Assembly: GCA_964358705.1 (NCBI GenBank)
Contig: CAYHPL010000002.1
Location: 173,017 to 237,016 of the forward strand
Length of the DNA stretch: 64,000 nt
Direction of reading: 5' to 3'
From: an uncultured Chitinophagales bacterium
Lineage (GTDB): Bacteria > Bacteroidota > Ignavibacteria > UBA10030 > F1-140-MAGs086
The notes under the pieces were generated by a model. That model made no database searches. It had not been told where the DNA came from and saw only the letters and a list, made by a program, of their open reading frames with translations. A program made the position numbers and the translations under genes. Positions 56,846-64,000 of the stretch are shown here, in pieces (the first letter of the stretch is position 1; each line of letters starts with the position of its first letter).

Positions 56846-59800
56846 TTATTTCATCAATACCATTTTCTTCATATCTGTAAAATTCCCTGCGGAGAGTTTG
56901 TAGATATAAATGCCGCTCGGTAAGTTTGTGGCATCAAACAGTACGGATTTGTATCCTGCTTCTTCAAATGTATTCTTCAGTGTTGTTATTTCTTTTCCGA
57001 GAATATCAAATATTTTCAGCGTTACAAATGAATTTTCCGGAATTGCATAGCGTATTGTTGTTGTTGGATTAAACGGATTGGGGTAATTTTGTTCGAGAGA
57101 AAATGTTTGTGGAAGAATATTTCTTCTTGATGTTTGTGAGAATATTTTTGCTTTGCTTTGTTGTTCGTTGCCCAAAATGATTTCTGTCCATGCTGGTTCA
57201 CGAAGTTTTTCTCTTTGACCTAATAAATGGATGCGTACATATACTTCCTTTCCACTGAATTCTCCAATGGGTTTTGTTATTACTCGCGTTACAACACTGT
57301 CTGTTTTATTCCATGCAAGTATTTGCTGTAATGAAATTTCATCCAGCACTGCAAGCGATTGATTATTCTGCGCTTTCACAAGTTCCATTATCAAAAACAT
57401 TGGATTGAGAGTTGGGTCAATTTCTGATGCACGGAAATTGGTGAACACAAAAGAATATTTTCCTTCTACTGCATCGTTCGTTGAAACCATAAATTTTTCC
57501 GTGCTTAACCAGTTCTGCAATTTACCGCGTTCCCGTTCCGAAGAAAATGAAAGGAGTGTTTGCCCGTCATTATTAACTTGAGAAAATGGCTCTACAATTG
57601 ACGATATTATTCCTTCGAGTTTGTTCTTTGTTCGTCCGGGAAGTTTTATGTTCTTTAAATTTACACTGCCACGACGCGGGTTAAACGACGTTTGTGTTGC
57701 AGAATTTTTCTCTGTCGTTGCCGGCAATTGCTGTATCTGTACTTTTTGCTGAGCATCTTCAAATGTATAAGTTTGAATATTGAATGGTTGAGAATTTCCC
57801 GCTGACCATAGCGCAAGTGTTCTATTCCCGTAACCGAAAAGATTCGGCGAGTGAATATACCTAACATCGGGACCTAAATCCTGCGGATGACTCCATTCAC
57901 CCGATGGAGAAATCTCTTTCGTTACATACGCAATGTGCGCCCCACATTCCCATGCACAGCGCAGTATATTATTTTCTGTTTCTATACTTGCGGAGGGATA
58001 CAAATGATTGTGTGGTTCATAATCGCCCTCGTGATAAAAATTAGTTAAATATTCTGACCAAAGACCACCCTGCTGATACGTATGATAAATTGAATATAAC
58101 TCATCGCCGGGATGAGCGCCTTGTGTTTGTCGTGATAACCCATGCCAAAAAATGTGTATCTGCTTATATGGTAAAACACTACTTACTGGCGTATAAATAA
58201 TTACCGGATTTCCTGAACGGGATATTTCAGGATGATTTGCAGTGAGTTCTGCATAATTTCTGTACGTTAAATCTCTCCAACGCATTGTATATTCACCTTC
58301 TTCATAGCATATTTGTCCTCGTTCTTCCCAAGCAAAATGAAACCGGATAAATTCGGGTAAAGCAGTATCACTCGTAGCGTATGTTTCCGTGATGAGAGTA
58401 GGATTCATGGAATGTTCCGTTGTATTTTCAACTGCGCACACTACTTCACTTTGCGCATCGTACTGTATGCGGCACATTAAACGATGTTCTGCCGCATTAC
58501 GCCAGAGAAGAACATAGAAAGGTTGTCCGTGATTTGTGCCGATGGAAAGAACCGGTGTTGCATAGAAATTTTCTTCTTCGGTAAATTCTGTACTTTTCCA
58601 AGAAAAATTCCATATTCCGCTTTCAAAATAATATAATCGTACACTGTGCAACCATTCACTGCCGTTATATAAAACATACTCCAATGAGAGATAGACGTTA
58701 CTTCCATCGCTTGCAAGTGAAGGTGAGCGCACGTGTTGACCTTCTGTTGCAAATGGTATATCTGTAAATTTTGTTTCTTCCTGCGACCACGAATTGCCGT
58801 TATTGGTGGAGAGAAGCGTGAAAATATTATTTGCGCTCTCATACACCATCAGTAATCTTCCATCGGGAAGTTGGATGAGTTTGTGTTCAGCATTACTTCC
58901 CGTGGCTGTAGAAACGGAAGTGCCGAGATGGGCTTTGTAAAGAGCGGTTACTTCTGCGTCTTCTTGACGAAACACAACAGGAGTTTCATATTCATCAGGA
59001 GAAATTATATCTGCTGTTCCAGGCACTGCATTCCAGCCATAAAAATATGTAGTAAAGCCACTAATTGGATTGGACTCTGGTACTCGAACAGAGTAATAAG
59101 GAACATTTGGGTCTAATGGATTTGGAAATTGATTCAAGAACACACCGTTATAGCTATTACTTGCATTCGGAGTAAACGGTGAGCCAACTTGATGGAATAT
59201 TGCATCATTTCCGCGATTGAGTGTGCCTTTACTATCCGATGAGTCAACATACCAAGGGTCTTTAAATTCAATCACTCCTCCATTTACATTCGGTGCATCA
59301 ATAAGTTCGTTACGTAAAGTAACACCATTTTTTGTAGGTTTGTATTGAGAAGTTATACGATTCGTATTTGCTTGAATAAGAAAAGATTTATGGTTAACTA
59401 CATTATTAATTGGTCCAATATCATTGGTACTCCAAAGATTATATTTTTGGTCAGAAATAATTTTTCTTGAGCCTCGTAGTATTTCATTTGTACCACTTCT
59501 AAACGGTAATCCGCGAGGAACTTTATACTGCTTAAATGTGGTTGTTTCCCAACGTGCTACGGAGTCCACCGAAGTTTCATCATCTTCTAATTTTTGGTCA
59601 ACGGTCACCGTAGGATAATCGAACGGCGAAATCCATCCTTGCGAATAGTTTGTATCAGGAAGGTGTGCATTCCAAATCGGATAACATCGGCCATCCATCG
59701 CTGCAATGCCGGAGTGTTCGCCATAATGCTTATCATTAAACGGAGGAATGGAAATACTGATTTCTTTAGTACGAAATGATGTATTATTCACGGGAAAATC

Positions 59801-61039
59801 CTCGAATGTTTCTCCACCATCGGATGAATGAGCAACATAATAGTCATATAAATTTTGCCCGACGTGCGCTCTATTATCGTAAAAAGAAATGAGAATATGT
59901 CCATTAATTGGGTCAACAGAAAGCCACGGATTAAATTGAATTGCATCACCAACATCGTTATTAACTCGTATTGGACTTGACCAACTTTGCCCTGAATTAC
60001 TTGAAGAAATTATATAAATATCAGGGTCTCCGTTATTAACTCCCGGTACTCCCTCATTTACCCAAACGATATAAATTTTTCCAGTTTGCATATTCACTCC
60101 CATTATTGGAAAACTATTTGTTGCAACGGGTAATGCAATAGCATCATATTCATCATTTCTTATTCCCTGAATATTATCTATTGCATATTTAGGAGCATAA
60201 GTGGTTCCCCAATTCGTGCCACCATTGGTTGATAAATTAAATCCTATACCATATTCAGTGTAAGGGCTGCTTTTTTTTCGCATTGCCCAGCACGCATACA
60301 CATATCCGTTTGGTCCTACTTGAAGATTTACTCCTTGTGGTCTGCGGGAAGCGTACCCTGGTGTAATTCCTGTACTAATATCTATACCGTCACTTGTCGG
60401 ACCTGTGCCTGGCAGCCATGTAGTTCCACGATTTGTAGAATACTTTACCGAGATATTACTATCAGGTGTTTCTTCTTTCCAACCGCAATATAGTCTTCCA
60501 GCATAAGAACTGCTTGGAGTATTATCAACCGTGAGATAATTCCTATCAACATCAATCGGATTTACGCTTCCGCCGTTTCTAATAGTATCATATAAATCCA
60601 TTACCCACGTTTCTCCTTGTTTGGTGAATCTATAAAAGACAATATATTCTTTATGGTCATTGAGCGCATCAGGGTCTAAATTCGCATTGACATAAAAATT
60701 TTCTTGCCTATCAATTGCAACACCGGGTTTGGCTAAATACAATACAGTATTTGGCATCGAATCGCTTCCTCTCCAATGTAATCCGCCGTCAGTTGAAAAA
60801 TAAAATCCTATTCCGGGGCTTTCTGGCTTATCAGTAATCGCCGAAGCGCACACAACATTTCGGTTCACAGGGCTCACGGCAACACTCATTTCAAATTGAT
60901 GCGAGTTATTGGTCGGATGAACGCGGATGTCCGTGCTATCATAACGAACAGTTTGAGAAATACCAGAATTCAGAAACATAGTGAACACAAAAATAAGTGT
61001 TATTAACACTTTCTTTAGATAGAATTGGAAATTAATCAT
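56846..61039 (-). CDS. Large (1397-aa) BNR/Asp-box repeat secreted protein with a T9SS C-terminal sorting domain
   Basis: Signal peptide present. Asp-boxes are FSTDGGLHW, STNRGTTW, STNGGTNW, SSNSGQSW, SSDGGETF, STNNGNSW. The C-terminal domain reads LEQNYPNPFNPTTTIRYAIP...IFDILGKEI..GIYIYKLSAG. Confidence 0.8.
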   Translation of the reverse strand: MINFQFYLKKVLITLIFVFTMFLNSGISQTVRYDSTDIRVHPTNNSHQFEMSVAVSPVNRNVVCASAITDKPESPGIGFYFSTDGGLHWRGSDSMPNTVLYLAKPGVAIDRQENFYVNANLDPDALNDHKEYIVFYRFTKQGETWVMDLYDTIRNGGSVNPIDVDRNYLTVDNTPSSSYAGRLYCGWKEETPDSNISVKYSTNRGTTWLPGTGPTSDGIDISTGITPGYASRRPQGVNLQVGPNGYVYACWAMRKKSSPYTEYGIGFNLSTNGGTNWGTTYAPKYAIDNIQGIRNDEYDAIALPVATNSFPIMGVNMQTGKIYIVWVNEGVPGVNNGDPDIYIISSSNSGQSWSSPIRVNNDVGDAIQFNPWLSVDPINGHILISFYDNRAHVGQNLYDYYVAHSSDGGETFEDFPVNNTSFRTKEISISIPPFNDKHYGEHSGIAAMDGRCYPIWNAHLPDTNYSQGWISPFDYPTVTVDQKLEDDETSVDSVARWETTTFKQYKVPRGLPFRSGTNEILRGSRKIISDQKYNLWSTNDIGPINNVVNHKSFLIQANTNRITSQYKPTKNGVTLRNELIDAPNVNGGVIEFKDPWYVDSSDSKGTLNRGNDAIFHQVGSPFTPNASNSYNGVFLNQFPNPLDPNVPYYSVRVPESNPISGFTTYFYGWNAVPGTADIISPDEYETPVVFRQEDAEVTALYKAHLGTSVSTATGSNAEHKLIQLPDGRLLMVYESANNIFTLLSTNNGNSWSQEETKFTDIPFATEGQHVRSPSLASDGSNVYLSLEYVLYNGSEWLHSVRLYYFESGIWNFSWKSTEFTEEENFYATPVLSIGTNHGQPFYVLLWRNAAEHRLMCRIQYDAQSEVVCAVENTTEHSMNPTLITETYATSDTALPEFIRFHFAWEERGQICYEEGEYTMRWRDLTYRNYAELTANHPEISRSGNPVIIYTPVSSVLPYKQIHIFWHGLSRQTQGAHPGDELYSIYHTYQQGGLWSEYLTNFYHEGDYEPHNHLYPSASIETENNILRCAWECGAHIAYVTKEISPSGEWSHPQDLGPDVRYIHSPNLFGYGNRTLALWSAGNSQPFNIQTYTFEDAQQKVQIQQLPATTEKNSATQTSFNPRRGSVNLKNIKLPGRTKNKLEGIISSIVEPFSQVNNDGQTLLSFSSERERGKLQNWLSTEKFMVSTNDAVEGKYSFVFTNFRASEIDPTLNPMFLIMELVKAQNNQSLAVLDEISLQQILAWNKTDSVVTRVITKPIGEFSGKEVYVRIHLLGQREKLREPAWTEIILGNEQQSKAKIFSQTSRRNILPQTFSLEQNYPNPFNPTTTIRYAIPENSFVTLKIFDILGKEITTLKNTFEEAGYKSVLFDATNLPSGIYIYKLSAGNFTDMKKMVLMK

Positions 61040-61081
61040 AAAAATTACCTTTCGTATTAATTGTGAAAAAAACCTGATTTA

Positions 61082-62428
61082 TTAACGCCTCATTCGTAGT
61101 ACAATCCCACGGTTTCCTAATTGACCTACAGTAAAAACGGTATTACCTTTTAATGCAATAGGACCGTAAGCACCATCGCTAAGCCCAGTACCACTTGTAC
61201 GATAACTCCGCCACGAAACCCCGTTAAAATGTAAAAATTCACCGTATGCTCCCGCTACAAAAACATTGTTTAAAAAAGTACCACGAACGCCAGCGGTAGA
61301 ATACGTAGTAATTTGTGTAGGTTCGTTTTGCCAACGTATGTCTGATAATCTTTGCTTTTCATAAATACCCGAACCTACCACATAATAATGCTTATTAGGA
61401 ATAAACCATACTCCACTTAATGTCCAGCTTATATTGCTATCAGAAAGAGTTGAAACAGATAAGTCGTAAATTTTCAAAATTATTCTGTCAACATTGTCTG
61501 GGTATAAATTCCCTACTGCAAGAATTTCTGTTTCATTTGTTTTCGGATTTGTTGCTCCCCAAATGTCATATATATTGTGTATTGTTCCGCTCTCAAGTTT
61601 TGTAAATGTTGTACCGTTGTAATGTATAATAAGCCCATTATTTGCAACAAAATACATATCGTTAGAACTTGTTCCCCATATTTTATTTGCTCGCCCAGGA
61701 CCTTCGGTAAGTAGAAAATTCATCATTACCCAGACATTATTTTTCAATCGCGTTACTCCTCCACAAACAAACCAAATATCATTTGGAGACGGTGCAAAGA
61801 CAGACCCAATTGGAATTTGATCTGTAATTGATACAGAAGTCCCATAATCAAGACGGAATGTTATACGAGTTAAATTCCAGCGAGTTCCATCCCAATGTGC
61901 TGCATTATACATTGGTCCAAAACCACCAGTAGAATCTCTCAAATATATTTCTCCCACTGCCCATACATCGTTTTCATTTATTATTGCTACGTCATACAAT
62001 GCACTGCTCGCACCATCCCCAAGCGTATCAATATCAAAAGTAAACTCATGGCTCGTCGTATCAATCGTAGTTGCAAATGCAATGATACTCGAGTCAATCA
62101 GTTTATTATTTTTTATGCGGTATGCTTTGTAGGTGTAGTTGTGGTGAGGTGAGAGTGCGGTATCAAGTAAAAGAGTATCTGCGTATGTTAGTACGGTAGT
62201 AAAAAGAGTTTGTCCGTCTCTCTTCACAATAAATTCTCTGTTCTTTACACTTTCCGGTATTGTTACTTGTAAAGTAATTTCTGTTACGCTGGTATCTACT
62301 ACAGAGAGAAAAATATTTCTCTTATACAGCGGTGTATCGGGTGGCTCGGGTGGTTTCTCTTTGCACGTTTGCATCGCAGTTATACACACGAGGAGCAAAA
62401 TTATTTTCATAAAATTATGGTCTTTCAT
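61082..62428 (-). CDS. Lipoprotein with an N-terminal Ig/Fn3-like region and a C-terminal beta-propeller-like repeat domain
   Basis: Lipoprotein signal ILLLVCITAMQTC. Repeated blades are VWAVG, IWFVCGG, MYFVANNGLIIHYNG, VFVAGAYGEFLHFNG. Confidence 0.55.
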   Translation of the reverse strand: MKDHNFMKIILLLVCITAMQTCKEKPPEPPDTPLYKRNIFLSVVDTSVTEITLQVTIPESVKNREFIVKRDGQTLFTTVLTYADTLLLDTALSPHHNYTYKAYRIKNNKLIDSSIIAFATTIDTTSHEFTFDIDTLGDGASSALYDVAIINENDVWAVGEIYLRDSTGGFGPMYNAAHWDGTRWNLTRITFRLDYGTSVSITDQIPIGSVFAPSPNDIWFVCGGVTRLKNNVWVMMNFLLTEGPGRANKIWGTSSNDMYFVANNGLIIHYNGTTFTKLESGTIHNIYDIWGATNPKTNETEILAVGNLYPDNVDRIILKIYDLSVSTLSDSNISWTLSGVWFIPNKHYYVVGSGIYEKQRLSDIRWQNEPTQITTYSTAGVRGTFLNNVFVAGAYGEFLHFNGVSWRSYRTSGTGLSDGAYGPIALKGNTVFTVGQLGNRGIVLRMRR

Positions 62429-62567
62429 TTCACTAAAAAATTTTCGGGAGTAATATACGTCAGAAATTTCGCAATGTCAATAGAGGAAACATTAAATTTT
62501 GTGAAAGGTAATTTTATTTTTTAATCAAATCTTTCTATCCGATTTAAGTACTATTTTTCATTTAGTG

Positions 62568-64000
62568 TCAGTTGTTGTTTCTCAAGTGGTACTGTTCATT
62601 TTCAAACACATCCATTTCTCTCTCTAACTTCTTCACAGTCGCTTTGTGAAACACTGCCGAAGCAAGTGCGCGTGGCGAATGTTTATTCCATTTTGTCGGA
62701 GAAGAAAACAGTTCTAATCCCTTCCATATACGAAATCGTTTGTGAATAAGTTTGTGCAATGCGCGATAAAAATCCGGCGGATATGTTCCTTCGTACATCA
62801 TTGCCAAATCCTGACTATCGAACCAATTTTGTTTTTCACCTAACTGCGCTTTTACATTTTCATAAAATTTTGTTCCAGGCAGCGGATATGAAACTGAAAC
62901 GCCGATTTCATCAGGCAAACAATCCTTCACCATTTGAAATGTTTTTTCAATGTCTTCTTTCGTTTCTCCTGTGTAACCGAATTGCAGAAAAAATCCTACG
63001 CGGATATTATTCTCTTTCAGTTTGCGTGACGATTCATAAATTTGCTCAACAGTTGTTCCTTTCTCCATCGCATCAAGAATTTTTTGCGAACCCGATTCTG
63101 CTCCCATCCATGTCGAAGTACATCCTGCGCGTGCCAGTGCGGGAATTGTATCACCTTTCACTAATAAATCCGCCCGCGAAAGACATTTAAACGGAATACG
63201 CGCATTCTGCCTCTGCACGTCATCTGCAAATTGCTGAATCCATCCCGGTTTCAATCCGAAAATATCATCGCAAAACCATAAATGGTCAGGTGCAAATGTT
63301 TCTTTCAGCCAGCGCATTTCTTTTGCTACATTTTCCGGTGAGCGTGTATTATATACTTGTCCGTAAATTGGTTTCGCACACCAGTTGCAATGAAACGGAC
63401 AGCCGCGCGTTGTTACAATATTCATTGAAAAAAATCCGTGCCGTTCTTTCCATACTTGACGATATTGTTCCACATCCACAATATCCCACGCGGGAAATGG
63501 GAGTTCATCAAGTTGATGGAGTACATCGCGTGGCGGTGTGCGGAGAATATTTACGTTTTCCTGTAATGCTAATCCGTGTATCAAAGAAATATTCTTTTCT
63601 GAATTTCCACTATATAATTCGAGCAATTCAAATAGTGTTTGTTCGCCTTCGCCAATTACAACAACGTCTGCGCCGTGTTCAAAATATTTTGAGAAATGGT
63701 CTGCCGCATCCGAACTGTGCATTATTACTTTGCATCCGAATTGTTTGCCGATTGCACACATCCGAAATGCAGCGATGCGCATTCTTTCCAAACACATTTT
63801 TGTGAGGTAATTGAAATCATCATCATAGATGACGAGAAATTTTGGTTGGTGAAGTTGGAGATGCGAGAGAAGTTCTTCTTCAGAAGTGGCAAGCATTGCA
63901 TCAAACAATGCAACGGAATAATTTTTCGTGCGGAGAAAACTTGCAGCGTACAATGTGCCAAGCGGTGCGTATGGCATCATCGAGCGAAATTCTTTTTCAT
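62568..64000 (-). CDS. B12-binding domain radical SAM protein, a paralog of 37906..39294. The 5' end may extend past the window edge.
   Basis: LGTLYAASFLRTKNYSVALFD..VVVIGEGEQT is the B12-binding region and VTTRGCPFHCNWCAK the radical SAM cluster. The reading frame stays open upstream of MMPYAPLG to the window end. Confidence 0.8.
   Translation of the reverse strand, partial: EKEFRSMMPYAPLGTLYAASFLRTKNYSVALFDAMLATSEEELLSHLQLHQPKFLVIYDDDFNYLTKMCLERMRIAAFRMCAIGKQFGCKVIMHSSDAADHFSKYFEHGADVVVIGEGEQTLFELLELYSGNSEKNISLIHGLALQENVNILRTPPRDVLHQLDELPFPAWDIVDVEQYRQVWKERHGFFSMNIVTTRGCPFHCNWCAKPIYGQVYNTRSPENVAKEMRWLKETFAPDHLWFCDDIFGLKPGWIQQFADDVQRQNARIPFKCLSRADLLVKGDTIPALARAGCTSTWMGAESGSQKILDAMEKGTTVEQIYESSRKLKENNIRVGFFLQFGYTGETKEDIEKTFQMVKDCLPDEIGVSVSYPLPGTKFYENVKAQLGEKQNWFDSQDLAMMYEGTYPPDFYRALHKLIHKRFRIWKGLELFSSPTKWNKHSPRALASAVFHKATVKKLEREMDVFENEQYHLRNNN

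Overview
This 64-kb window looks like chromosome from a low-GC member of the FCB superphylum, with Ignavibacteria-like or Bacteroidota-like gene content. Four large secreted proteins carry the T9SS C-terminal sorting motif (QNYPNPFNP).

Main content, in order:
- A housekeeping block: fkpA, crotonase, apt, a tryptophanase-family lyase, ltaE, lnt, PAP2, ispF, acyP and DUF885.
- Two tRNAs: Arg-CCT and Ala-CGC.
- A minus-strand respiratory operon: a 2017-aa Fn3-array surface protein, a small membrane protein, a cupredoxin-like protein, coxA, coxC, coxD, two tiny membrane ORFs, coxB, ctaA and ctaB. It ends with a clean terminator.
- A glycan-type cluster: a GT9 heptosyltransferase-like gene, a SAM methyltransferase and a B12-binding radical SAM gene.
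- A near-complete aerobic heme pathway: hemX-like, hemA, hemC, hemD, hemE, hemF, hemY, and further on hemB and hemL. It is interrupted by a hybrid sensor kinase and by a small toxin-antitoxin/nuclease islet (vapBC, an HNH endonuclease, a decayed vsr, hicAB).
- More T9SS BNR-repeat cargo proteins, a lipoprotein, and a second B12-binding radical SAM paralog.

Most interesting non-genic signal: two related 42-bp-period tandem arrays of palindrome-containing units. One is at 35784-35947 and one at 55757-55867. Each lies beside a copy of a ~150-bp hairpin-rich repeat element, and the two loci are mirror images of each other. Fragments of the element occur elsewhere, at 4487-4530 and 35330-35405. 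One locus sits just upstream of the Fn3 gene and cytochrome oxidase operon, the other just upstream of the heme operon. Both arrays lack spacers, so they are not CRISPR.

No transposases, integrases or CRISPR-Cas were seen. All calls rest on motif recognition by eye; no database search was possible.
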